Under the pieces are notes generated by a model. It worked only from the letters and a program-made list of their open reading frames with translations. It ran no database searches and had not been told where the DNA came from. Shown piece by piece: positions 19,467-28,087 of a stretch of 64,000 nt of DNA. The stretch's first letter is position 1. Each line of letters starts with the position of its first letter. The stretch comes from Blastocatellia bacterium (GTDB lineage Bacteria; Acidobacteriota; Blastocatellia; HR10), in contig DATLZR010000013.1 in NCBI GenBank assembly GCA_035573895.1, positions 699-64,698 on the forward strand. The letters run 5' to 3'. A program made the position numbers and the translations under genes.

Positions 19467-21104
19467 TCAAAAATATTTTTCGCCGAGGCTCGGCGGCTGC
19501 TCGGCAATGCGGACATTGACGCAGGCGGGTTTGCCCGAGGCAGCCATGCGCCGGAGCGCGGGTGCGATTTCTTCGGGACGTTCGACCCATTCGCCATAGC
19601 CACCCAACGCCTCCACCACGCGATCATAACGCGTCGGAGCGAGTTTGGTTGCTACGGCGCGTTCGTTGCCGTAGAGAGCGATCTGGGGTCGGCGCATCTG
19701 TCCCCAGGCGGCGTCATTTCCAACAACGGACATGATGGGCAGATTGAATCGCACGGCCGTATCGAATTCAAATCCGTTGAAACCGAACGAGCCGTCGCCG
19801 AAAATCACCAAAACTTTCTTCTCCGGGTGAGCCAGTTGCGCGGCCAGAGCAAACGGCATCCCGATGCCCAGGCAGCCAAGCGGTCCGGGGTCCATCCATT
19901 GACCGGGCCAGCGAACCGGGATGACTTTCGATGCCAGCGAGACGATGTCGCCGCCGTCGCCGATGACGATCGTCTCATCATCAACGAAGTCGGCGATCTC
20001 TCGACACAGGCGCAGGGGATCAATCGGCACCTCGGAGCTGTAGAGGCGGGGTTCCATCTTCCGCAGGGCAGCCAGTTCGATCTCCCGGAGTTCATCGCGC
20101 CAGGCGGTGAAACGATGCTCAGGACAGCGCGCTACCATCGCTTCTCGCAACGCCTCGAAGATCGCGCCGAGATCGCCTACCAACCCCACATCGGCTGAAC
20201 GATTCTGTCCGATCACCGCGCGATCCAGGTCCATCTGGATGATTTTCACCTCCGGATGAAGATCGCGTCCGAAGTTGAGGCGAAAATCGAGGATCGCGCC
20301 AGCCAGAACGAGAACATCCGCCTGCTGGAGCGCCGCCCGCCGCGAATGCGCGAAGAAATTGGGCGAATCGGGCGGGACAGTTCCCCGACCCATGCCGTTG
20401 GTGTACGTCGGCAGGTGGAGAGCATCAATGAACCGATTCAACTCCCGATGGGCATCGGCCCATTTCACGCTGCTGCCGGCGATCAAGACGGGACGACGCG
20501 CCTGACAGAGAAGGTCCGCCGCCCGATCAATCAGGGTCATGGAAGGCCGGAGCCCCTGACGCTCAAAGTTCAGGCGGGGCCAATAGACTCGCTTCTCCGA
20601 TACCTGGTTCATCAACAGGTCAATGGGGATCTCCAGGAAGACGGGCCCGGGAATCCCCGCCAGAGCATGACGCAAAGCCACCTCGATCAATTCCGGGATG
20701 CGTTCGGTCTGAAGCACCTGACCGGCCCATTTCGTGATTGGTTTCATGAGGGCGACGTGATCCATCTCTTGAAGCGAGCCCTGCCCGAATTGAAAGAACG
20801 GCCCCTGACCTCCGATGACGAGAATCGGGCTATTGGCTCGATAGGCATTGGCCACGCCGGTGACTCCATCGGTGACACCGGGACCCGCCGTGATGACGGC
20901 GACGCCCGGTCGGCCCGTGCACCGCGCCCAGGCATCGGCGGCATGCACTGCGGCCTGCTCGTGACGCACATCAATGATGCGAATTCCTTCATCCAGGCAT
21001 CCATCGTAGATCGGCATGATGTGTCCCCCGCAGAGCGTGAAGATCACATCCACGCCCGCTGCCTTCAACGTCCTGGCGACTAACTGTCCTCCATGCAGGT
21101 TCAT
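19467..21104 (-). CDS. Thiamine-diphosphate-dependent enzyme (acetolactate synthase-like family).
   Basis: TPP_enzyme_N motifs (GPGVTDGVTGVANAY) and a C-terminal TPP-binding GDGSFGFNGFEFDTAVRFNLPI. Substrate is unknown. Confidence 0.75.
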   Translation of the reverse strand: MNLHGGQLVARTLKAAGVDVIFTLCGGHIMPIYDGCLDEGIRIIDVRHEQAAVHAADAWARCTGRPGVAVITAGPGVTDGVTGVANAYRANSPILVIGGQGPFFQFGQGSLQEMDHVALMKPITKWAGQVLQTERIPELIEVALRHALAGIPGPVFLEIPIDLLMNQVSEKRVYWPRLNFERQGLRPSMTLIDRAADLLCQARRPVLIAGSSVKWADAHRELNRFIDALHLPTYTNGMGRGTVPPDSPNFFAHSRRAALQQADVLVLAGAILDFRLNFGRDLHPEVKIIQMDLDRAVIGQNRSADVGLVGDLGAIFEALREAMVARCPEHRFTAWRDELREIELAALRKMEPRLYSSEVPIDPLRLCREIADFVDDETIVIGDGGDIVSLASKVIPVRWPGQWMDPGPLGCLGIGMPFALAAQLAHPEKKVLVIFGDGSFGFNGFEFDTAVRFNLPIMSVVGNDAAWGQMRRPQIALYGNERAVATKLAPTRYDRVVEALGGYGEWVERPEEIAPALRRMAASGKPACVNVRIAEQPPSLGEKYF

Positions 21105-21170
21105 CGCTTCCTCCCGAAGACGACCAGGCGCGGTCGCACCTTCTCGCCTACAGTCAATGGAGCCGCGGAG

Positions 21171-22034
21171 TTAATCCCCCGGGGGATCGCTCACCTCTTC
21201 CGCTGCTGAACCGAGCGGAAGGAAGCGCCGGTCGAGCAGATGCGTCACATTGACCTTGCCCAGCGCCGCCAGCACCGAATTTTTCAGTCGGGGATAGCGA
21301 GCCTCCAAATCGGCCACGAGCGCTTTCATCTGATAGCGAAGCGCCGTTTCATCTTCGCAGTAGGGAGACGCGCAGGAGACGACGGGAAAACCCCGTCCCT
21401 GCGCATACTGCCGCAACTCATCTTCAAACACATAACAGAGGGGCCGAATCACAATATGCCGACCGTCATCGGAGATCAGCCGCGGCGGCATGGTGCGAAT
21501 CTCTCCCCGGAAGAAGATCGAAAGAAGCAGCGTGACGATGAGGTCATCCGCGTGATGGCCCAGAGCAATCTTGGTGGCCTTCAACTCGGTCGCCAGCCGA
21601 TAGAGTGTTCCCCGCCGGAGCCGCGAGCACAACCCACAGGCCGTTGATCCGGGCTCAAGCTTCTCCAGCACGATCTGATAGGTGGGATTCTTCACGATGT
21701 AATACTCGTAGCCGTGCTCTTTGAGATAGTCCTCGATGAGATCAGCGCGGAAGCCGGGATAGCCTTGATCAATCGTTACGGCGAAAATCTCAAACGATAC
21801 GGGGGCGCGCTGCTGCAGCAGGCGAAGAAGATGAAGCAGCGACCAGCTATCTTTTCCGCCCGACACGGCCACCAGAATCCGATCGCCGTCCTCGATGAGA
21901 TTGTACTCCTTGATGGCTCGTCCCACGCGACGCAGCAAAGAGCGTTCGAGGGCCTCAAGCGGCTTGCCCACCGCCGGTCGCTCGGCTATGCGCAACTGAA
22001 CCATAAGCGGGCTAATAGTACCGCAGCCGCGCAT
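21171..22034 (-). CDS. ttcA: tRNA 2-thiocytidine(32) synthetase TtcA-like PP-loop ATPase.
   Basis: SGGKDS PP-loop, CGLCSRLRRG and CASPYCED Cys motifs. Start uncertain: ATG 22034, ATG 22004 or TTG 22043. Confidence 0.8.
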   Translation of the reverse strand: MRGCGTISPLMVQLRIAERPAVGKPLEALERSLLRRVGRAIKEYNLIEDGDRILVAVSGGKDSWSLLHLLRLLQQRAPVSFEIFAVTIDQGYPGFRADLIEDYLKEHGYEYYIVKNPTYQIVLEKLEPGSTACGLCSRLRRGTLYRLATELKATKIALGHHADDLIVTLLLSIFFRGEIRTMPPRLISDDGRHIVIRPLCYVFEDELRQYAQGRGFPVVSCASPYCEDETALRYQMKALVADLEARYPRLKNSVLAALGKVNVTHLLDRRFLPLGSAAEEVSDPPGD

Positions 22035-22110
22035 TGTCGGCAAACTTCATCGGTGCGCCAGGCCTCGGCCCCGATACGACAGAGTGGTCCTCCGAGGGTC
22101 TCCTCACCGC

Positions 22111-22151
22111 GTCAGAAATTCTCGCGCTCGTGTCAGAAATTCCCGCGCTCG
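22111..22151. repeat. Tandem 20-bp direct repeat in the ttcA upstream region.
   Basis: gtcagaaattctcgcgctcg (22111-22130), then t, then gtcagaaattcccgcgctcg (22132-22151). Possible operator. Lies at the left edge of the low-GC island. Confidence 0.5.
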
Positions 22152-22409
22152 AGAAAACGTGTCACATCAGCGATACGCGAAAATAGCTCCGGGGCTGGGT
22201 CAGGCCCGGCGGGACTATAAACCCGCCGAATGGGCGTCTATGCTCCCGGCGGGAAGGCAGAGTAGGTCGGCCGTGCCACCGCCGACTTCTCTGAGGCATC
22301 AGAGAACGATGACTGGCCAGGCAACGTGCGCGAGCTGGAGAGCCTTACACTACTCCAACTCACATTGTCGTGCAAAGCAGGTATCGGACGGGAGGAGCAA
22401 CCTCTGGTG

Positions 22410-22886
22410 TCAGCTTCGCCGACTGAACTGAGCGACGGAAAGATGAATAAGGCTGTGTTCATCTGGTTGCAACCCATGCCATTGAACCAAGAGAGTGACG
22501 GCAGCCATGACCAAAGCCAGATGAGCGGGAAAATAGTCCCGGACGCGATGAGTCACACGGTTGACATGGCGGATGCTGATCAACATGGAGTGGACCGTCT
22601 CCACAGCCATCCGGACATTCCAGACACCCAGGACACAAACTTTCATGTTGAACGGATCGCCCCGGCGAGCATCAAAGGCCGTGTCAGTCAGGACGATCAT
22701 CGGACCATCGAATCGAGCAATCAGGGGCTTGAACGTGGCATCATTCACCTTGACCGTAGCACAATCCCAGTCCACCACTGTCTCCCACCGGTTCAGGACA
22801 ATGCCCGATTTGCCGCCCCCAATCCAACGAGGATTCGACTTGCCCTGTTTGCTGACCTGATGGGTCGGGTTTGTACGATCATTTCA
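22410..22886 (-). pseudogene. Degraded DDE-transposase-like ORF remnant (family uncertain).
   Basis: Reading upstream of ORF 22410..22778 in frame: ...IGGGKSGIVLNRWETVVDWDCATVKVNDATFKPLIARFDGPMIVLTDTAFDARRGD...MAVETVHSMLISIRH...YFPAHLALVMAAVTLLV. IS4/IS701-like flavour only, no clear DDE triad. Broken into several frames. Lower GC than flanks. Confidence 0.3.
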
Positions 22887-23057
22887 CATGTACTTCCGCA
22901 CAGTTCGACTCGCTTTTTTACTGACCTGACGGGGACGGCGGCCTTGCCGGATCGGGTGCAGCAACCTGGGGCCACAGGTATCGGCCATCCCCAGCACCGG
23001 GAGGTGGGCTAAAGACGCGATGGGCCGAAGCAAGATGGGAAAGAAAGTGAAGACGAA

Positions 23058-26000
23058 TCATAAGTGCACACTTCCTTCGCGCCACGGTTGAAAGTCTTGG
23101 TATTTATTCCGCCACACGCCGCGCGCTATCAGCCGTTCATAACTCTGGTCGCTGTGTCGCGCCAGCTCGCAGACGCGCACGCTGCCGTCATCGGCTTCAA
23201 AGAAGAATACACGCTCGTCACGGTGACCTCTCGGATAGACGAGACAATCACAGTTGCGCACCCGCTCTGAGCCACTGATACGCAACTCGCGCAGTCCCAG
23301 TTTCTTGAGCGCGCGATCAAATAACTCGCGCACGTCGGGGGCAGCAGCGCGGTAGGTGTCCCAGGCTTGCGCTGAGAGCCAGATGGGTTCAGGCTTTGCT
23401 TGTGCTACATGGTCACGGTAGGCTTCATAAAATGCCTCACCCGCGGGCGACAGCAGCGTGAAGCCTTCTTCCTCTGCGAGCAGCAACCGCACCTCCTCTG
23501 GCAATCCGCGCAGCCGTGCGTCCACTTCTGGCGTTGGGCGCAAGTCGGCATTAATCCACTCAAAGAACTCCTCACAGCTTGCCAGCAGCGAGTAATCCCA
23601 ACTGATAGGCGTGGGCGGCATTTCGATGATGTCACGGAAGGCTTCGTGAATGTAGTAAACGGGCACATCGAACAGCAACCCCACCAATGTCGCATAGGCG
23701 ATTTCCGCCTTGAACCCGCCCGTCGCATTGATGAGCACGCTGCGTCCCTGGGCTTTCTCGCGGCGAATCTGATCAATGAGCGTTGCCACGAGCGACCGCA
23801 AGCCCCGCATCTTGAACCGGCTCTCTGTATAGGTCAGGTCGGGCACTTCTATCACGCGGGTTTCGCATCCCGAGTTCTCGTAGTGCCGCGCCAACGCCTC
23901 CGCGCACTGCTTGCCCTCGACCGTTTGCGAGCACAGGAACACAATGCGCTCGTCGCCTTCTGTCAATAGCCGCGACAGCGAATTGGTTTCGGCGCTGGCT
24001 TTCACAGCGTCCGTCTGACGCAGGTAGTTAGCAAGCTGGTATTCATCGGGCTGCTGCTCGTTCAAATCCCGTCTGGCATTGCTTAGCAATGACGTGCCGA
24101 CAGTGGTCAGAATGGTACGCATAGAAATTGCCCTCCTTACCCGTTTTATGTCCTCTTGGAGTTCGTCGCTTTCCGTACCAACCTCCTGTAGGAGCGAACG
24201 GGCGCTTGCCAACAAAGTCAAAGCATCAAGAAAGTGGCTGTATACTTCTTCGACCAAACCCATCACATGAAGAGCGGCAGCATGTGTAACCTTGTCTCCA
24301 ACTTGCTGACTCAGCAGACGGCTGTGGTTAGCGAAGTCAGCAGCTTCGTCAAATCGCCCTTGCTCTAGACAAAGCCAGGCTAATGCTGCCTCCGTTTGTG
24401 CTTGTCCCAACTCGTTTCCTGCTTGTCGGTCTAACTCCAAACTCTGTCGGTATCGGTTTTCAGCGGCGTCCATTTTCTGCTCGTTGTATAACAACGCTGC
24501 TTCCCGACGAAGCCAGACGGCGCGTGCCGCATCGTCACCAACCTGCTCACACAGGTCAAGCGCTTGCTGGCAGAGAAGGCGTAGGTCTTCTGCCACTGTC
24601 CACAAGTCTTCAGCGCAGGCAAGCGCCTTTGCAGGTTCGCCTGCTTCCCGCCAGTGGTTGAACGCACGGCGGGTGTAATCCGCCCACCGCCGGCGGGCGT
24701 TTTCGTCCCAATCTCCTACGTCTGGTGAAATCTGTGTCTGCTTAACCTGCGTGCGTCGTTCTTCCAGCCATTCCGCAGCGCGAGCATGCAGCCGTTTCGC
24801 CTCCTCGCCTAACCTGGAACGCCAGTAGTCGCGGAGTATATCATGAAGAGAAAGACGATCGTCCGCATCGCGTTCTAACAAATGGGCATCAATCAACCCA
24901 TTAATGGCGTTACTCGTATCAGTCACAGCGGTTGCAGTGCACACTGCCTCCAGCAGCGCGCGCTCATGCGGCTCAGAGAAGATGCACGCTGCTCGAAGCG
25001 CATCGCGTTCAGAATCAGTGAGAATTTCCGTTAATTCGTCCAACCACCTTTTCATGTCACTTGACCAATCGGGCAGATCAAGGTGCAGCAGTTCGTCAAC
25101 GGAACGCCGCCGTGCAGCGAAGGCAGCCAGTTTCATGGCCTCTGGCTCACCACCGCACTTATGCCAGATGGCAAGAGCCTGTTCTTCACTCAACGTTTCC
25201 CGTAGAGCGTCTTCACACACTATGAGGTATTCACGAGCGAACTCTTGCGGCAAAGGGTCAAGGCGAAGGAACTTGTGGACTCCTGTTGGGAGTTCCGTGC
25301 TCTCCAGCACAGACGGCTCTCTACGCCCCAAAAGTAGCAACTTCGTCTGCCCTGGACTCCGGTCTATGGCTATCACCACTTGGTTTAAGGTCTCATGGGC
25401 AAGGAAGTAATTGTCCAACACAATAAGCCGCTGTTTCTGCCCTAGCCATCGCGTCAAGGCGTTCAATCGGCTTTCGTAAAGGTAACTGGCGTTGGTGAGT
25501 TGTTGGTAGTAATCGCTGTCCGCAGCAACAGGATCCTCAGCAATCTCCTTCGCCCACTCGTCAGCGAACGATTTAAGAATGCTTTCCATTGTTACCCGAG
25601 CTGAACAGTTCACCCAGTAGACTTTCCATTTGCCGCTTTGTTGGGCTTCGTCGCATAACTTTGCTGCAATACAGGTCTTACCGCGTCCAGGGGGTTCAGC
25701 GATGGACAGAGTCTTCTGTTCTTCATCCTCAAGCCACTGCCACAATTGTTCTAATTCCCTGTCTTTGTCTATGAACTTCCCGGGAGACGGTGGTGGTGAG
25801 AAAATGCCTATAGGAGAGGGCCTTGTTCGGAACTCCTCAGGAGTCGGCGGAGGCGGTTCTTCTAGCTCCCGCAATTGTTCAGCGATGATCACCGCTTCAT
25901 TTTGCAGAGATTTCGTATCCCGCATTTGCAGCCTAACGCTCTTGTAAAACTCAGAGACTGATGGCGGTGAATCGAGAACTCCCATCGCTCTCGCCTTTTG

Positions 26001-26270
26001 CGCGAGGAACTCCCATTCCTGTTTTACACGGTACGCAGGGTCTTTTATGACATCTTTCACATCGCGCTGACGAAAGAAGGAATAAACTCTCCACCAACGT
26101 CGTATTTGCCAGATACGAATACCCAATACATAACGCATTGCCCTGCGATAGATGCGCAAACGGGTGACTGCTTCAGAGGAATACCAACGGTATACGATCC
26201 AGCCAATCAGTGCTATTAAGAGCGCAGCAAGAAGCGCGGATATGACTTGAATTAAGATCTCTCGCCACAT
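23058..26270 (-). CDS. Large fusion protein of 1070 aa: N-terminal TM anchor, NB-ARC/STAND P-loop NTPase, TPR repeats, CARF domain, RelE/ParE-like C-terminus (Cami1-like).
   Basis: TM: MWREILIQVISALLAALLIALIGWIVY. NTPase: Walker A AEPPGRGKTCIAAKL, Walker B RLIVLDNY, LLLGRREP, and a GxP/GLPL-like HKCGGEPEAMKLAAF. TPR-like helical repeats (EAALAWLCLEQGRFDEAADF...). CARF signatures: MRTILTTVGTSLLSN and SVLINATGGFKAEIAYATLVGLLFDVPVYYIHEAF. RelE-like tail: ERVFFFEADDGSVRVCELARHSDQSYERL. Single uninterrupted ORF, directly downstream of cmr6. Confidence 0.75.
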   Translation of the reverse strand: MWREILIQVISALLAALLIALIGWIVYRWYSSEAVTRLRIYRRAMRYVLGIRIWQIRRWWRVYSFFRQRDVKDVIKDPAYRVKQEWEFLAQKARAMGVLDSPPSVSEFYKSVRLQMRDTKSLQNEAVIIAEQLRELEEPPPPTPEEFRTRPSPIGIFSPPPSPGKFIDKDRELEQLWQWLEDEEQKTLSIAEPPGRGKTCIAAKLCDEAQQSGKWKVYWVNCSARVTMESILKSFADEWAKEIAEDPVAADSDYYQQLTNASYLYESRLNALTRWLGQKQRLIVLDNYFLAHETLNQVVIAIDRSPGQTKLLLLGRREPSVLESTELPTGVHKFLRLDPLPQEFAREYLIVCEDALRETLSEEQALAIWHKCGGEPEAMKLAAFAARRRSVDELLHLDLPDWSSDMKRWLDELTEILTDSERDALRAACIFSEPHERALLEAVCTATAVTDTSNAINGLIDAHLLERDADDRLSLHDILRDYWRSRLGEEAKRLHARAAEWLEERRTQVKQTQISPDVGDWDENARRRWADYTRRAFNHWREAGEPAKALACAEDLWTVAEDLRLLCQQALDLCEQVGDDAARAVWLRREAALLYNEQKMDAAENRYRQSLELDRQAGNELGQAQTEAALAWLCLEQGRFDEAADFANHSRLLSQQVGDKVTHAAALHVMGLVEEVYSHFLDALTLLASARSLLQEVGTESDELQEDIKRVRRAISMRTILTTVGTSLLSNARRDLNEQQPDEYQLANYLRQTDAVKASAETNSLSRLLTEGDERIVFLCSQTVEGKQCAEALARHYENSGCETRVIEVPDLTYTESRFKMRGLRSLVATLIDQIRREKAQGRSVLINATGGFKAEIAYATLVGLLFDVPVYYIHEAFRDIIEMPPTPISWDYSLLASCEEFFEWINADLRPTPEVDARLRGLPEEVRLLLAEEEGFTLLSPAGEAFYEAYRDHVAQAKPEPIWLSAQAWDTYRAAAPDVRELFDRALKKLGLRELRISGSERVRNCDCLVYPRGHRDERVFFFEADDGSVRVCELARHSDQSYERLIARGVWRNKYQDFQPWREGSVHL

Positions 26271-26297
26271 ACCACGCTGCTACCTCCTTTAACCATC

Positions 26298-27335
26298 CTA
26301 TCCCTGCGTTGAGCTGAAAAAGCCATATCCTGCCGCTGTCTTGCTGCCAATGCCTAAGTTGCTTAGCGCCGTTCTCAACCATGCCTCAGCGGTTTGGCGT
26401 AGATGGCTGTCCCGAGACGCCAAGGCAAAGGCAAAGGGCGTGCGTTCGACAGTAAGGAAATACACGGGCACAGGGCTTAGGTAATCTGCAGGCGGAGTCG
26501 GCCTGCCCGTTTTATCTACCCTTTGCTGGTAATAGTCAGCATAGTGTGGATTCATGACGTCGAGTTTCATACGCGGCGCTTGCGCCGGGTAAGCGTCGAA
26601 GAAGATAACTTTACCTTGCCGCTTGGTTGTGCCGAAAACCGCATAGAAGTCACCCGCCAACGCATGCCATTGGTCGAGGTTAAGTGATTGCACAGCCGCT
26701 ACGTCGCGGCACAATTCGTCCCCCTGCAATTGCTCCAACGTTTCTGTCTGCTCCTTCACCGAACCTTCAGACAACAACTGGTTAAGCAATTGCAACGGCG
26801 TTTTGCGCTTCGCCTTCCCACGCCATTCTGCCTCATCGTCCGAAACGGAAGGCACGCCTAACTTTTCGGCAATCTCCCAAAATGCTTGTGCTCGTGTCAC
26901 CCCCTTTACCGCGCTGGCAGGAATGAAAGGTACGCCGTAGATGCGGTGCAGGGTGATGTTGGTCTCTAACACATGCCCTGACCCTAAACCGATAACGACA
27001 CGCCACTCCGGTTCTGCTGTGAACTGCACCACATCGGGCTCATACGACTTAAGCATCGCTTCCCAGCGACGGCTGCACGCGGTGAGGAGCTGATTTAGTC
27101 GTTGGAGGTTGAGCGGTGCGGCTTCACGCCTTTTAGACTGTTGACTCTGTTCCCACTGATTGCCCCGCCGTTCGTACAGAATAAAACGGTCAAGCCACAG
27201 GCCCAGGTTCTGGCATTTGCCGCCGTGTGTACGCACGATAGTCGTAGTGTCATTTGGCAGTGGAAATACGGCTACCGGTTGCGAAGGCTCTGGACGTCTG
27301 CGTCCCATTGGTTGTCGTGGTCTATCTTGGCGCAT
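26298..27335 (-). CDS. cmr6: Type III-B CRISPR RAMP protein Cmr6.
   Basis: GLGSGHVLETNITLHRIYGVPFIPASAVKGVTRA (RAMP G-rich, PxIPGSSxKG-like) and C-terminal G-rich loop GIGSKTAAGYGFF. Confidence 0.85.
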   Translation of the reverse strand: MRQDRPRQPMGRRRPEPSQPVAVFPLPNDTTTIVRTHGGKCQNLGLWLDRFILYERRGNQWEQSQQSKRREAAPLNLQRLNQLLTACSRRWEAMLKSYEPDVVQFTAEPEWRVVIGLGSGHVLETNITLHRIYGVPFIPASAVKGVTRAQAFWEIAEKLGVPSVSDDEAEWRGKAKRKTPLQLLNQLLSEGSVKEQTETLEQLQGDELCRDVAAVQSLNLDQWHALAGDFYAVFGTTKRQGKVIFFDAYPAQAPRMKLDVMNPHYADYYQQRVDKTGRPTPPADYLSPVPVYFLTVERTPFAFALASRDSHLRQTAEAWLRTALSNLGIGSKTAAGYGFFSSTQG

Positions 27336-27341
27336 GGCTCA

Positions 27342-27737
27342 TCATTCTCCTAACTCTGCTTCCGCAAACCGCTTCAGCCAATTGATGAAGGCTAAAGCCT
27401 CGGCAGTGGCGCGGCGGTAAGCATTACTGTCGTTATTCATCACCCACTGCAACAAGGGCTGGCTGCTGGTTGGGTCCACTTGGGGTCTGACCCAATTAGA
27501 CAGGTGCTCATAGAGCAACGCGTGTTCGTCAAGGGGATTGCCTTTCGTCTTGGCATTGAGGAACGCCAACGACTGTCCTAACCCGTTGGTCAGGATATAG
27601 GACGGCATCTTTTGGACAAGACTTTTGTATTTACTGCCAAACTCCTTGCCCTTCTTTTTCACTTCCTCAACACATCTCCACGCTTGTGCCGCTCGCTCTT
27701 GGTCTTTGGTTTGCTGAAGACTTGGCATGATGGTCAC
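27342..27737 (-). CDS. cmr5: Type III-B small subunit Cmr5 (Cas11 family).
   Basis: 131 aa, all-helical. Hallmark MPSYILTNGLGQSLAFLNAK. Confidence 0.75.
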   Translation of the reverse strand: MTIMPSLQQTKDQERAAQAWRCVEEVKKKGKEFGSKYKSLVQKMPSYILTNGLGQSLAFLNAKTKGNPLDEHALLYEHLSNWVRPQVDPTSSQPLLQWVMNNDSNAYRRATAEALAFINWLKRFAEAELGE

Positions 27738-27743
27738 CTCCCA

Positions 27744-27890
27744 TCACAGCTTAATGAATTCGTCTACCGTCAATCCCGCCTGGCGGATAATCGCCAGGGC
27801 CGCCACGCTATCAGGTTTGAGGGCGGGCAATCGGCCCACGCAACGTTTCCCACCTTAACTTCAACAACCTCAAATTCTGCTGCTTCATAG
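27744..27890 (-). pseudogene. HicA-like toxin remnant, frameshifted and N-terminally decayed.
   Basis: One frame after a TAA stop gives GGKRCVGRLPALKPDSVAALAIIRQAGLTVDEFIKL*, matching the HicA C-terminal consensus (KpGTLrsIlkQAGLsveEF). An upstream fragment RLLKLRWETLRGP sits in another frame. Overlaps the 3-prime end of the hicB-like ORF. Confidence 0.4.
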
Positions 27891-28072
27891 TTAGCAGGCA
27901 GCGGTTCGCCGTGCTTGCGAAGGCTGGCGATGTAGCCACTGATGGCATCTTTGATCATCGCCAGCGCTTCTTCCTTTGTTTCCCCTTGCGTCACGCAACC
28001 AGGGAGAGCCGGAGCCGAAACGATGTAACCACCCTCTTCGGCTGGTTCCAGATAAACAAGGAAACGAGCCAT
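27770..28072 (-). CDS. HicB-like (UPF0150) antitoxin-family protein embedded in the cmr operon.
   Basis: MARFLVYLEPAEEGGYIVSAPALPGCVTQGETKEEALAMIKDAISGYIASLRKHGEPLP matches the HicB N-terminal domain. ATG at 28070-28072. The C-terminal 25 aa are probably read-through into the decayed hicA. Confidence 0.7.
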   Translation of the reverse strand: MARFLVYLEPAEEGGYIVSAPALPGCVTQGETKEEALAMIKDAISGYIASLRKHGEPLPANYEAAEFEVVEVKVGNVAWADCPPSNLIAWRPWRLSARRD

Positions 28073-28087
28073 CACATTCACCTCCCA

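Noticed and set aside
22044-23057. Looked for a CRISPR array or adaptation genes downstream of the STAND-CARF gene.
   Set aside because: Only a transposase-like relic and unique sequence. No repeat-spacer periodicity.
23058-26270. Considered annotating this as two adjacent genes: a STAND NTPase and a separate cami1-like gene starting at the internal MRTILTTVGTS.
   Set aside because: There is no stop codon between the parts in the given sequence, so it is reported as a fusion. The alternative is noted as a refutation path.
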